Source: Cetorhinus maximus (Eukaryota). Taken from it: 64,000 nucleotides of DNA. Below the pieces are notes generated by a model. That model ran no database searches and was not told where the DNA came from. It saw only the letters and a program-made list of their open reading frames with translations. The stretch lies in assembly GCF_964194155.1 (NCBI RefSeq), contig NC_135917.1:2294001-2358000 (forward strand). Reading direction: 5' to 3'. The translations under genes and the position numbers were made by a program. This document shows, piece after piece, positions 1 to 13,110 of the stretch. Every line of letters starts with the position of its first letter. The first letter of the stretch is position 1.

Positions 1-389
1 CCACCTTGCAAACCTCACTTTCATCTACATAGGTTATGAGTACTTCAAACCTGTTTGACGATTGCAAAGTCTAAGGCTCCTCCACTACTGTCTGCTCTGT
101 CTCTTTACCTGCCTCACTCACGGTCACATCCTCCTCCTGTCCCTCACTGCTGACCAAAACAGATGACCCTCTTCTAAGAGGCGTGACCATCTTCTGGAAC
201 AAAGTGTCCAGGTATTTCTCCCCCTCCCTTATGTTGCGCAGTGTCTGCAGCTTTGCTTCCATTTCAATAATCCTGATCTAGAATTCCTCTAGCTGCTTTA
301 CACTTTCTGCAAATGTGTGTGTCATGGATCGCCTTGGCGTCCAAAAGTTCCCACATTCCACAGCTGCAACATAGCACCTGTCCTGCCAT
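1..389 (-). mobile_element. CR1/HER1-type LINE, 5' end (degenerate ORF1)
   Basis: The ATG at 389 opens MAGQVLCCSCGMWE...CRKC...MEAKLQTLRNIREGEKYLDTLFQKMVTPLR, the Cys motif plus leucine-zipper N-terminus typical of CR1 ORF1. It has an internal stop and runs off the window. Confidence 0.75.
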
Positions 390-487
390 TATTACCTATG
401 TTATTTAGGTAACCTAATTACTCACTTAATTAACTTAGGAATTATTCGAACTATACCACCCCTCTTTCCCCCATGCACCAAATTCCC

Positions 488-876
488 ACGTGAACCTAAT
501 TCGCTACTCATTCAGTCTCCATCTCACTCCCGTGTAGTCGCCTGTCTCCTCGCGCACCCCTTACTAATCATGTGGTTTGAAAAGTCTGTCTCTTTTATAG
601 ACCCTTTTGAGTCACTAGCTAGTTTAGCTTCCTACTACAGTAATTAACACCAGTTGAACCAACTTTCAGGTGATTGACAGATAACTGGCACTCCAGGCAG
701 TTCTCTGTTTAACAAGCTAACCTAACTTACTTGAAGGTTAGTACTATGTCAGGTCTTGATTCTTTAACTATAGTTAAAGCCTGAAAAGGACTTACGTGAA
801 CCTAATTCGCTACTCACTCAGTCTCTGTTTCACCCCAGTGTAGTTGCCTGTCTCTTCACACGCCCCTTGCTGATCC
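488..876. repeat. ~80-bp dispersed direct repeat (488-569 and 794-876)
   Basis: Both copies begin acgtgaacctaattcgctactca and continue ...gtgtagt.gcctgtctc...ccccctt.ct.atc. Confidence 0.8.
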
Positions 877-1199
877 AAAGGGTTGAGTTGGCATAACTAT
901 TGACAGAACATGCACGATCTCTAGTAAATTCACCTCCAATTAAACCTCTTGGCTTACTTCGACACAAAAGGGAGACAAAGGATGATAGAAAACATAGCAC
1001 ACCTCAAAAGACTGACCAAAGTGTTATTGACAGTGGTCTGGTTGCTTGTTACATCTGTCGCAAAACATTACATTAGCAGGTCTCCTGTGCCATTGCTCAT
1101 GGAGACTCGCACTGGGTTTGGAAGTGTGCACACAGTATGAATGGAATGCTCAAGGCACTCAGGAGAACCCTGTTAGCACACCTGTGCAATCAAAAAGAA

Positions 1200-1570
1200 A
1201 AAAACTTGCAAATATATTGCATCTTTCATATCCTTAGAATGTCCCAAAGTGCTTCACAACCAATGAAGTACAGTCACTTATGTAGGCAAACATGGTGGCC
1301 ATTTTGCACCCAGCAAGATCCCACAAATAGCAATGTTGGAGGTGTTACTTGAAGGAGATACAATGGCCAGGATACCAGGGAAACTCCCTGCCCTTCTCCC
1401 AATAGCACTGAGATCTTGTACATCCACACAAGCAGGCAGATAGGCCTCAATTTAAATGCTTCATTCAAGAGGCAGCACCTCCCACAATGCAGAACTGAAA
1501 AAAAATTGTCTGGGTCATATGCTTGAGTCAAGATTGTTGTGATTTCAAGCCCCAATCAAGGGGCAAACGT
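1200..1570 (-). mobile_element. Deu-domain SINE (SacSINE1-like), degenerate
   Basis: The reverse complement carries the Deu core (gaggtgctgcctcttgaatgaagcatttaaattgaggcctatctgcc) and an L2-like tail (gcactttgggacattc...tgcaagttt). Confidence 0.7.
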
Positions 1571-2449
1571 GTTACCACCAACGAAAGAGACACTGATCCG
1601 AGATCATTGAAAGGTAGTGCTAGAATTGTTTCAAAGAGATTTTTTAAATAAAAGATTACAGGTGACTTAAAAACAATTTTGAGAACACAAAGGTAGGGAG
1701 AACGAAGCGATTTCATTTCAGTAATTTCCACCCACCCGAATCTGGTTTCCAACTTAGACCGCGTGCCAATACGTGTACCAGAGAAACTCCTCATGCTTCA
1801 TTGTCTATACACAAACAATCCCACAATCCAAGAAAATTGTATCTCTCACCTCCTGAGGAACAGCCAGTCCAGGAGGAAATTTGGAATAATGCACAATAAT
1901 AATGCACAACAGGTTCAAGACAAGTTTGCTGAAAAAAATCTGTCTTATCAAAACAAAAATAAAAATCTGGTTTTGCAGCTCTGTTGCACAACTGGAAAAT
2001 AAAAACAGCAGCTGCTGATGAACTTGAACAAAAGCAACTTTTCAAAACTATGAAACAATCTTTGGCAGATCAGCAAATCAAACCTTCCAAGTGTGCAGTA
2101 ATAGCTATTTTGGAGCAACTTGCTGTGCTGTCATACTACCCATTACTTCAGACAATTTTGTTTTTTTTCAAATCAAGACAACAACTTCCTCCCTCTCTTA
2201 CCTATAGATGTATGATTCACATTGTAGTTTCTCATCCCAGTACCTAGATAATGAAGTGTCAGTTGGCAATTCAACTAAGGAAGGGGAAAAAATAATTAAG
2301 TTAAATGCAGTTCCATTCCCACCAGACAACCACATGTGGGCTTTACAGCAGGGACCAGTCAAAGAAACACCACTGCTGCCACCCTCCTGCCTCCTCCTCT
2401 TCTCTAACCCAAAGAATAACTAACTTTCATTTAGATTGTACTATATGCC

Positions 2450-2860
2450 CTCAGGACATCACCAAGCACTTGAAAACCAATTAACCATTTTTAAAGCACA
2501 GTCACTTAAGTGGGCAAGATCCCATAAATAAATGAATGATCAGACCAACCCTCAGTTTGGTGGTATTAGTAAACTATTTTACCCTTGGCCAGGACACTAG
2601 AACTCTCGAGTCTTCAAATGCCCCATTTGTTTTGCCCCTCCATCTGAACAGGTAGCTAGAGGCCGGGATTTTCCGGCCCCACCTTGAGGGATGCGGCAGC
2701 CAGCCAAAAGTCCATTCGCTTTCGGTGGAACCAGATGACCCTGGCGATGGGTGGGGCCGGAAAATCCCACCCAAAGTTTCAGTTTAAATACATCAAAAAC
2801 ATGGCAACTCCCAACAGTGCAGCACTCTCTCTGTGTCAGCATGGAATGAGGCTTTAACCA
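2450..2860 (-). mobile_element. Deu-domain SINE, interrupted by a MITE
   Basis: Same family motifs as 1200-1570, split at 2660-2772. Confidence 0.6.
2660..2772. mobile_element. MITE with Harbinger-like TIRs
   Basis: gggattttccggccccacc and ggtggggccggaaaatccc form a perfect 19-bp inverted repeat. The terminus matches the Harbinger TIR at 59835 at 14 of 16 positions. Confidence 0.75.
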
Positions 2861-4351
2861 AGTGGCACAGAAGGTCAGTTACAAGCAAAGGTCATGTCAA
2901 CAGAATCTAACAGATTGGCCAATTTTTTATTAAAATTACAATTTGGCATCACGCACTCAAACATCTGGCACAATGCATCCTTAAGCACACAATTCATTAA
3001 ACTGACTCACCAGGAAATGTGGAAGTGATTTCCAACTAACATTAAACATTTTAATTCAGGTCCACCAGATTTTTTCCATCAGTATAAATCAAAAGTACAA
3101 TGCATTATTTTTAAACAGCAAGTGCCGATGGCATCGCTTGTGGAAACCAGCTTGGAGTGTTTTGAAGTTGAATTAGGGACAGCTGGAAAAAAGCTGCAGC
3201 TACTGGTGTTAATCTATTAGACCAGAGTCAGCAACTCCGAATCACTTCTGATAAGGCCGTTTACTATTAAACTTAAAACAATTAATCAGGGCTTTCTACA
3301 ATAGCTCTTCTCCACCAACCTGCCCCACCCACCGCACACACATAAATGCGGTTATGATAGGAATACCTCGGAGCTCCACAGTATCTATAAGTTTTAGAGA
3401 AGCTATTTGGTCATGCAAAAAGTAATAAAGTCTGATTAATATCTTAAAAACTCATATCTTCAAGTTGTTTAGCCAACTTTTATATCATTCTGCCTTCTGT
3501 TGGTTATTCCAAAATTATGTCAAGTAGCTGCATTATTTTTATCCCATATTTGGTTGAACATTACAAGTTTCATTCAACAGCCCCATAGCACAGCATAGTG
3601 GCACAGGATCTTACATGTATAAAAAGTTCCTGATTTTGGTTGGGGCATCTGGAAAGCTGTTAAAGGGCAACACCAAGTAATGGCCACCAAGGTGCTTACC
3701 TCCCAGGTATCAAAATAAAAACAGTACCGGTCACACACAAGGTAAAGGAATTAATCAAATATATAAAATGGAAAACACATTAAGTCTACGTTTAATTCCT
3801 TAACTTAATACTGTATTTTGTTCAAAGTCAATCAAGCACATTAGAGTCAGTAAACAATTACAGAATTTGAAGAAGGCATTTGATTTCGACTCCAAATGTG
3901 TTAAATAAGAAAAATAAACTCGATTACATCACATCAAAAATTTTAGTAAAACATAAATGTTTAATTCAGCAGCAGACCACAATGTATTTGTGTCTATCTA
4001 TATACAGACAACTGTTGTCTCAATCTCTTACAAATACCCACACTTAAGAGTTTGGGAAAGTAAATCTGGATATTTATAAGTACAGTAAAAGACGACGAAA
4101 GTGCAATTTAAAGTATAATCAAGATTTCATTTTCAATAACCACAAAACAGAATGGAAAAAAAACACATTAACAAGCACCTCACGTATAAAAACGCTTGTT
4201 TTGGACCTTCTTGGAGAATTATTCACAAGCTTTTCCAAGTTATTTTTAAGTTAATATCCCAAGAAAAAAATTTCAACCAAACAAAATTAAATTCAACCTC
4301 GCAAAATTCAGAACGGGGGGGATTGGGGTGGGGGGGGAAGAGGACACTCAC

Positions 4352-4379
4352 CTTAACAGGTGGATACGTATGCGCAAAG
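4352..4379 (-). other. 28-nt non-coding (5'UTR) exon of an unidentified minus-strand gene
   Basis: The minus strand reads ttgtatcttttccctcccagttctgcag|ctttgcgcatacgtatccacctgttaag|gtgagt: pyrimidine tract, AG, and a consensus donor. Confidence 0.55.
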
Positions 4380-4616
4380 CTGCAGAACTGGGGAGGGAAA
4401 AGATACAACAAATCAAGAGACCAATTCATAAACACCCAGACATATTTTAAAAATATAACCGAATAGACCAAAGTCCTTGAGAATCCAGAATTTTCTTCTG
4501 ACTACAAGTCCAAGAGAGGGCGGCTTGACTTTTCACAGCTCCTCGATCTGCTCAACAATTTAAGAGGAACATTTATTCAATATCGGGCATTTTTTTGCTA
4601 GCATTTTTCTCCTCAC

Positions 4617-4990
4617 CTGTTGAGTCGTTCTTCGCCCCTGACGGCTTTCCGAATGTCAACGAAAGTTTAGATTGCAGCGAGGAGAAAGCTTTTCCCTACA
4701 CTGCCTTGCCAGCGCACCTGCCTCAACTGCCCAGTTCCAATTTCCCAGACTGACTGAACTGCCTCGAGATTTTCAGCCACGCACCAGTGAATGACCTCAG
4801 CGCGTCAGAGCTGGAGTTAAGCTGGAGTTGAAGTCATCCTTGCGAGTCCTCCGACTGGTCTTCCCAGGCTGCAGGGGGCGCGGGGCGCCGGCAGCTCGAA
4901 GCCCTTTGGCGCCAGAGAACAATCGCCGAGCGGATGCGTCGTCCTCTTGGACAACACCATCTGCAGGATTGGGAGGCAAGAATTTTCCAG
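4617..4990 (-). promoter_or_regulatory. CpG-rich promoter / non-coding first exon of an unidentified gene extending left of the window
   Basis: Local CpG and GC enrichment (ggggcgcggggcgccgg). Minus-strand donor aacag|gtgagg at 4617. No credible ORF. Confidence 0.55.
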
Positions 4991-5134
4991 TGTTTACACC
5001 ACCTGCTGGATTCCACCAGCAATGATCCGCTTTTAAAAAAAATGTGTTGCACTTTGTTTCTTTGGAAAGTCATTGGATTGTTCCAAATTTTGAAGAGCGA
5101 TGAAGTGGACTAGTGGAGAGGATGTATTCAATAT

Positions 5135-5480
5135 CCTGAGGGGGTCTGGACAAAGTAGATTGGGAGAAACTGTTTCCATTGGTGGAAGGATCCAAAACCA
5201 GAGAGCATAGATTTAAGGTAATTGGTAAAAGAAGCAATGGAGAGAATAAGAAAAAATGTTCATGCAGTGAGTAGTTAGGATCTGAAATACATTGCCTGAG
5301 AGGGTGGTGGAGGCAGATTGGATCATGGCTTTCAAAAAGGAATTGGATAAGCACCCAAAGAAAAAAATACGCAGGGCTACAAGGAAAGGGCTGGGGAGTA
5401 GGACCAACTGAGTCATTCTTACAGAAAGCTGGCAATGAGATAACAGGCTGAATGGCCTCCTTCTGTGCTGTAACCATTCT
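5135..5480 (+). mobile_element. CR1/HER1 LINE 3' fragment
   Basis: RT C-terminal motif (GLDKVDWEKLFPLVEGSKTREHRFKV) followed by the tail gctgaatggcctccttctgtgctgtaa. Confidence 0.8.
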
Positions 5481-5739
5481 ATGGCCATCATTACATAGAA
5501 CATACAGCATAGAAACAGGCCATTTGGCCACTCAGGTTTATACCAGCATTTATACCTCCTTAACCCTTACTTCATCTCACCTCATCATCATATCCTTCTG
5601 TTCCTTTCTCCCTCATGTGTTTATCCAACTTCCTGTAAATGATGTTGCCTGCTTGCAATGTGATACTCTTTCAGGTCACAAATTACAGTTCCATCGTGCT
5701 CAATGCTTACTGATAAATATCTCTCAGTACTTACTGAGA

Positions 5740-6050
5740 AAGGGATAGAGGGTGGATACAGTTGGAGGGAGGACGTTGGACAGAGAGTCCTGAGGAAGCA
5801 ACAGCCATGTTACTGGAATTAGGGAGAGAGGTGGCAAGGCAGAGATGGTGAGGGAGGGGGTTCCAGAGATTGGGGCAAGGTGAGAGGGGTGAACCATAGC
5901 AGGATTTCAACATAGAACAAAAATATTAAAGTCAAATCTCTGAGCACCCAGCGGAGCATGACAAGGAGTGATAGGACTTCAGATGTTAGTGCATGTGAGA
6001 GTAGAAGACTCCAGCATTCTGGATAACTTGTGGTTTAAAGAAATTGACAT
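5740..6050 (-). mobile_element. L2-type LINE fragment
   Basis: The reverse strand reads ...ctctggaaccccctccctcaccatctctgcc (LWNPLP motif) with an upstream tccagaatgctg, typical of L2 3' RT. Confidence 0.5.
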
Positions 6051-6153
6051 TGACTTAGGGCTAGATTTTAACCCAAGTCCTTGAAGTAAATGAGCGATGT
6101 ATATCTTACTTCACCATCCAGTATGTAAGAGAATTGGCTCTCAATGTGGATAG

Positions 6154-6850
6154 TGTTATGAAAGCAAGGTTTTATAAGGTGATTATGTTTTGGGACTGTC
6201 TAATTCAAGGGAAAATGTAGGAATGAAGAGGGCCATGTGATTTGCTTCGCATTCTACCTGACAATAAGCCTGGATGGCTTGGTTACCATGGGGATAGGGG
6301 TCCCAGGTTGAGACTTACTGGGAACAAGGTGCAAAAAAACCTGGAAACAAAGGCAGGAGCAGCTGGGCTAACTGCACAAACTTTCAGTCATCAAGTTTTT
6401 GGACAGAAAGAGAGTGTCAAAGAGGTCTCACACAGACAAAAGGCTGCAACTTGTGTGGTCAACAGAGAGAGAGAGAAGAAGGCTGCAAGTTCTCTGTGAG
6501 CTACCAGGCAGAGTTTGGGAGGAAGGACCTCTCTGTTAAAGAGACACATCTCATGGCAATCTAAAGACTCGAAGATTTGCCTTGGCAAGGCTGGGGGGAG
6601 AAATCGCCGGAGTTGATATTACTGCAGGGTAGTCAGTTGGAAATTTTCTGAAAACTGAGGGAAGCGCCTGTCAATGATCACTCGACATTACGACTCGAAA
6701 CGTGGAGATATGAACCCATTGAAAGCTGGGAGTGACTGTTTCCTATAAAGACTGTAATCCTGTGGAGAATGTGTTGTATATGTATGCGGAATGGGGCTAT
6801 CAGTCATGTTAAAACATTAAAAAGGGTTATCTTTTCTGTAATACAAGCTC
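6154..6850 (+). mobile_element. solo-LTR-like sequence
   Basis: Starts tgttatg and has LTR-like composition. The right boundary and TSD are not resolved. Confidence 0.35.
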
Positions 6851-7546
6851 TCTTACTTTACTTTTTGGGTTCATTATTCTTTTGCCTATGATTATAGTGA
6901 GTAATATTTTCACTACAAGAGCTACAAAAGACTCCAGTAACACAGAAAGCATAAGGATCCATAAAATAATATTTGCTTATACTATAGTATTTTTGCTATG
7001 CTGGTCACCATTTTACATAATTGTATTTCTTTCCCTGTTGGATATGTTTTAAGTGGTGTTGTGTAACAGGTAATTTATTTATTTTATCTTTTCTGTAGAT
7101 AAGAGTATTTGTTGCCTACTAAGTAATCTTTAAACCCACTTCCTATGAGCGTGTGAGTCCACAGTCCAACTGCTCATGATTAAGCATTAAGTGGAACTAA
7201 ATCTGCAATATTACTCAGATGATGGTTGGTGTGGGAAATGAAAATGTCTTGTTGCAGGAAGAGGGTCCTCACCTGGGGTTGAAACTGCTACATATTATTG
7301 CAGCAGAGTAAAGCAGCTGGATGTAGTACAGACCTGACCTGAAAGTGCATGGTGCTCACACTGAGTGACAAAAGATTCTGATTCCCTGCAGCAATGACAT
7401 CCATGACCAAGATGAGCAGAAAAATTAGCAACAACAAAATAAAACTAACTGGAGAAAAATTTGAAATCTTGAAAGGTCGCAAAATAGGCGCAATAACAAG
7501 GATAGTGTCAAATTCAAGGTATGGTACTGCAGATACTTGTGCACGC

Positions 7547-9150
7547 TGTTGTGATATGAGGTGTATGTACCTTTAAGGGTCTGTATCTTAAACTACTGTC
7601 AATCATTACGCACCTTGACAGGATGTGATGTATTAGTACCATGACTTGCAGTCAGTCTGAAAGCAGCAGTGGTCAAGGTCAGACGTGTGCCTCACAGTGA
7701 ACATTATTGTCTTAACTTCAAGTAAATAATCCACATTATTGTTTCACCAGTCCTTGCGTATGACTGGTACGTTCATGTCAAAGAAAAAGAAGAATATAAC
7801 ATGGTGGCAGCACAATTTTTGAAGATTTGACGAAGTAAAATACAAGCCTCAATTCTTCACATGCAGAAGGAAACAGCTGGTGTGAAAGTGAAACAACCAT
7901 TAAGCCCCACCATCTGTAAATGATTCTGCAGCTCTATAGGGTTTCTACACATAAGACACCATATCTTCATTCTGGGATCACACCTCAGTCCAAGCAGCAG
8001 ACATCGGGTCCCGGTGAGATTGTAAAAGTCTAACTGCTGAAAAGTTTAAGCAGGGACAGAAATTAAACAGCAGACTGCAGGTGGTCTCACTTTAAGTAGA
8101 ACTCCACAGGCAGGAGAATTCATTACTGCTGAAGCTAAATACTGCAGACTGGGTGTGATGACTGTCACTTTAAGCTCAGTTCAACTGAGTAGGAGGTCAC
8201 TTGATTTGTTCAACCAATATGTGGCTAGCGTGGGGGAAATAAATTCTAGGGAGGGGTTTCCTCGGAAAAATTGGCTGTATGAGGGGTTGGCTTGATACAA
8301 GCAGCCATGGAAGCTCTTGTGTAAATACAGTTCGTTTTGTTTGACTAAGAAGCCTCCCAGAGCGTGTTTCTACACTGGGCTGGGAAGAAGAATCTATCTG
8401 GTAACAGCTAACAACTCGAAAAAGCTTTTTTCACTGTTTGCTTTCATTTTTTAAGTCTGCAGCCACTTTCCCACCCAAATCACCACTTCGTGGGCAGAAC
8501 TGCTAAAACTGGGTAAAATCAGAAAGAGCTGAACAGCACCATTGTAGCAGTCATGCAGTAAGTTATGATCAGTTAAGGTAGCGGCCACTAAAGATAATGA
8601 AACTCAGGCAAACTAACTAAGAGCTGGAGAAAACTTGAATAGCTGTCAAAAAGCATTAAAAATCCTGCTAAATGCTAAAAGATGACCACTGCATTTCCAA
8701 CACTCAATTGGAAAGCAGGAGATCTCCTGTGTTTCCTTTCTTCCGACAACGTGTCAAACTGTGTTTTCCAGACCTCAATATCTCTGAACCAGATAAATGA
8801 CCATGCTGTAAATTGCTATAGGCAATGAAAGCCTTCGCAGTCTGAACATGTCAGGTCTGTCCAACGATGATCTTAAGAATCCAGATAAAATACGGTCAAT
8901 ACTCTAAAATCAATTACGAGTGAAACTCAACTTCAGAACACACCGTCTGGAATTCATGTCCTTAAGGTAACAATCGGCAGAGACCACTGACCAATTCATA
9001 AGTAGATGCAGAGACAAGGAGCACGATTGCAACTTCATAGTAGTGGAGCTAGCCAACAGAATAATTGAGCTTGTGATAGCATCTACCCCAATGCAAGCGT
9101 TCCAAAATGACCTCTTGGACCAACCAAAAGGTTGGAAGCACTACCCTAGA
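7547..9150 (+). mobile_element. Gypsy-type LTR retrotransposon remnant: 5' LTR (7547-7801), PBS, degenerate gag
   Basis: TG...CA LTR followed by the PBS tggtggcagc. Bases 8700-9120 translate with stops to LNWKAGD...FRQRVKLCF...KLNFRTHRLEFMSLR*QSAETTDQFISRCRDK..DCNF...RIIELVIAS, a Gypsy-type gag. Confidence 0.7.
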
Positions 9151-10174
9151 CATCACAAAGAGTAAGCTAAAAACAGTCCCTGCCTCCAGAGACTGGTCTG
9201 GGTTGTGAAATAGCTTAAGTAAAAGGTCGAAATCTGTAAGTATTGTTTACATTTTATTGAAGCAAAAAAACAGTTACAGAAACAAAAATGGAACAAGGAG
9301 CACAACATTTACAACTGTTTTTGCAACAAACTCTTTACCTCTGCTGAAAGAAACTAAACTTGTTTGTAGATGTAGCAAGGGCTAAGGTGGGATGGAAAGG
9401 CTCTTTGTTGGTGTCTGCAGGCTCTCTCCTACAATACTTATCTGTGTCTTTGCCAACATCTGCCTGAAAGAATTCTTTCTGGTAATGAAAATGAAATATT
9501 GTTGAAACATATTTACACAACTGCAGGGGCAAAAAAGCAATTGAGTATTTACAAATCTTTAAGAATCTTGAATTGGTTCCAGTTATAAAATGAAGAAAAT
9601 AAGAGCTCTGTGATGGTTCGGTTGATAATTGCACCATCGTGTATGGTGCTGAACCAAGCTGACACTCAGAACGTCAAAAAGGTGTCGAGATTAATAGCCC
9701 TATTTCCCCATTGCCAATCAGCCTGCTAAAGCTCCGGGGTAAATTGGACCTTGTGTGCCTGCTTTATGGGCGTAAAATAGGTGCAACGCAGGCCAAATTT
9801 GGGAGCATCTTCCTGCAACACAAGAACACCTGAAAGACCTGCTATTGGGTGAGGCTATTTTTATGGCACCCTGGCAACTGCCTAAAATGGGCACTAAGCT
9901 CCTCCCATGAGGAGGAGAGGATTAGGCCTGGATTTTCTTTTCGATACCAAGGCATGTAGCTGGACCTGGCTTGGGAAAAAAACAATCGTTGCTCCAGGGG
10001 AGCAGGGGGAGGGCAGGTTTGGAATAGAGTTGGGCCCACCAATCCTGGAAGCAGAGTGTAGGTGACCGCAGGCAGCCGAGGTGGGCTGGACAGAAGGTTC
10101 TAGAAGGTTCTCTGGGACTTTGTCTCAGTTATGTTATAAGATTTAAAAGATAGCCCTCACTCCTCAAATCTTCT

Positions 10175-10310
10175 CACCCCCTGCCCACGTCATGGCCCCT
10201 TATACCCTTCATGCCAACTTATGCCCCCCACCCCATGGTCCCTTATGCCCCCATGCCAATTCATGCCTTCCACCCCCATGGCCCTTTTATATCCCCCATG
10301 CTAACCCAGT
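10175..10310. repeat. C-rich tandem repeat (~39-bp unit, 3 copies) inside a probable non-autonomous DNA element (about 9740-10856)
   Basis: catggccccttat.ccc.catgccaa recurs three times. Confidence 0.6.
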
Positions 10311-11494
10311 ATCCACCCTGGGCAGACCTCAGGACCCATGTGGAGATGAAATAAAATAAAGTTCTAAAAATCTAATATTGCTCTCACTATACAGGCTTGA
10401 TAGTAAAAAAAAACTCCAAATCATGAAAGCCCATGCAAAACTTAAAGAAGTGCTAGAACAGATGCTACACCATCTTCCCTGTCAACCAAAGCAATACAGC
10501 AATTTGTTTTAATTCTCATTGACAACTGAAGCCTTTTTTTTAATGTTTAAAGGGCTAGTTGATTTAAATAACTTCAGATCATGATAATTAAACAGACCTT
10601 ATCTGCCCTTCGAGAGCATTTACATTTACTTCATAAATTTGTAGCTTCCACACTGCAGTTTAAGGCCCTTGTCAGCACTGAGTTCATATAGCTCTGCTGA
10701 GTTCGGGTTTCCCTCATGTGCATTACGCCCTGCTCTCTTTCCCCTACTGGCAAAAATTGGATCTGTTGGAAATCGGGGTAGGCCTCCCACATCTGACTCC
10801 ATCCCACCATTTTTGAAAGTCCCCAGAGTCTTCACATCTCTGCAAAAATGCAGCCCATAATGTCTGTTTTAAGCCAAAATGAATGCGATGAATAGAGCAG
10901 ACACGAGGTCTGGTCCACTCAATGCTTAAGCGGTTGCTGCAAGCTAAAAGCGACTACCAATAAATTATTTTATTAAATGTTTCTGTGGAGCCAGGAGGAG
11001 CAGGTGTGATCCCTATGCTCTACAGTTCTTGTGATCATCCCATTCTCCATATTATCACTCCATCTTCCCACTTCCTGGGACTTATAACAGGGCCGCTATC
11101 TGTGAAGCCGCTCAAAAGCTCACCTTAACCAATTTCTATGCCTCACTCTCTAGGCTACTTGTGTGAGACATAAGAAGACTGATGCTTGTGGAGTTATACT
11201 CCTGATAGCCAGTTGGTGAAGGAAGAAACCAGAGTCAGTCTCCTACCTGGAATAGATTTATTCACAGAGCATATATCTCCTGACTCCACACTACTCCTGT
11301 GTCTCCTTATATGTGCCCAAGTAACCATCCAATCAGCGCTCTCCACCTGTATGTACTTAACCTCAATTGACACTGTATGCATCATTGCTTTCAGGAGAGT
11401 CAGAGGGGAAATTGAAGGGGACTAAAGAGGAAAATTAGGTAATGGAACTCAGGTCAGCGGTTCCCAAACTGTGGGTCATGACTCCAATTTGGGT

Positions 11495-12495
11495 TACATA
11501 GAAAATCAGGAGTAGGCCATTCGGCCCTTCGAGCCTGTTCTGCCATTCATTATGATCATGGCTGATCATCCAACTCAATAGCCTGCTCCCACTTTCTCCC
11601 CATACCCTTTGATTCCTTTCCCCCCAAAAGCTACATCTAACTCCTTCTTGAAAACATACAATGTTTTGGCCTCAACTACTTCCTGTGGTAGCGAATTCCA
11701 CAGGCTCACCACTGTCTGGGTGAAGAAATTTCTCCTCATCTCAGTCCTAAATGGTCTACCCCGTATCCTCAGACTGTGACCCCTGGTTCTGGACTCCCCC
11801 ACCATCGGGAACATCCATCCTGCATCTACCCTGTCTAATCCTGTTAGAATTTTATAAGTTTCTATGAGATCCCCCCTCATTCTTCTGAACTCCAGCGAAT
11901 ATAATCCTAACCGACTCAATCTCTCCTCATATGTCAGTCCCACCATCCCAGGAATCAGTCTGGTAAACCTTCGCTGCATTCCCTCTATAGCAAGAACATC
12001 CTTCCTCAGATACTGCACACAATATTCCAAGTGTGGTCTCACCAAGGCCCTGTATAATTGCAGCAAGACATCCCTGCTCCTGTACTCAAATTCTCTGGCT
12101 ATAAAGGCCAACATACCATTTGTTTTCTTTACCACCTGCTGCACCTGCATACTTACCTTCAGCAACTGGTGTACAAGGACACCCAGGTCTCATTGCACAT
12201 TCCCCTCTCTCAATTTATAGCCGTTCAGGTAATAATCTGCCTTCTTGTTTTTGCTACCAAAGTGGATAACCTCACATTTACCCACATTAGACTGCATCTG
12301 CATTTGCATGCATTTGCCCACTCACTCAGCTTGTCCAAATCACACTGAAGCATCTCTGCATCCTCCTCACAGCTCACCCTCCCACCCAGCTTTGTGTCAT
12401 CTGCAAATTTGGAGATATTACATTTAGTTCCCTCATCTAAATAATTAATATATATTGTGAATAGCTGGGGTTCCAGCACCGATCCCTGTGGTACT
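11495..12495 (-). mobile_element. 5'-truncated CR1/HER1 LINE (RT domain and 3' end)
   Basis: ORFs 12225-12479 (LFTIYIN...KFADDTKLGG) and 11575-12165 (LYRALVRPHLEYCVQ...RGDLIETYK...TRGHSL), plus the CR1 tail. Confidence 0.92.
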
Positions 12496-12745
12496 CAAAT
12501 CTGCGGGTTGAGTAACAGTAAAAAGGGTCACAAATATTTCTGGTAATTGTCATGTTAATATGTAAAATAAAAACAAACTTTCTGTTGTTGAAACAGTTGT
12601 CTCCTGCACTGAAATTGGCAGGATTTTTGAAATTGATGAATAATTATAGATCAGCCACTCGTGACCAGTGTTTTATTTCATCCTCAGAGTTTGATCTAAA
12701 TCTGCCTGGTTCCAGCCAATTACTGCTCAGAGTGGTCTCTGACGA

Positions 12746-13110
12746 GCGACCCAAAAGAGTGCTCCAGCCACGGGCAGAGTAAAGAAGGCTCATTGTTACA
12801 GATCAGGCCCGGTTCTTTGAGCATGAACCGCTGCTACCAGGAATCCAGCGACCTGTTCATCCGCAAAATTCCTGTTTAGTGCCTGATGTGAGAGATCACT
12901 CAAGATTTCAAGCTAGACCCTGTGCTTCCAGAGCTCGGCCATCATGGCCCTGCTGGAAGTCAGTGAGGCTTACCTGGTGGGGCTCTTTGAGGACACCGAT
13001 CTGTGCGCTATCCACACGAAGTGAGTCACCACTATGCCCAAAGACATCCATCTGGCCAAGCGCAACAAGAGCTCCTTTAAGACCCACCAAATCAACAAAG
13101 GAAAGAGCTG
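12746..13110 (+). pseudogene. H3: replication-dependent histone H3 (H3.2-like) pseudogene fragment with degenerate stem-loop and HDE
   Basis: Translates with stops and frameshifts to KSAPATGRVKKAHCYRSG...YQESSDLFIRKIP...[56 protein letters not shown] (about H3 residues 27-129). It is followed by agctcctttaagaccc-accaa (13070-13090) and aaagagctg (13102-13110). Confidence 0.9.
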
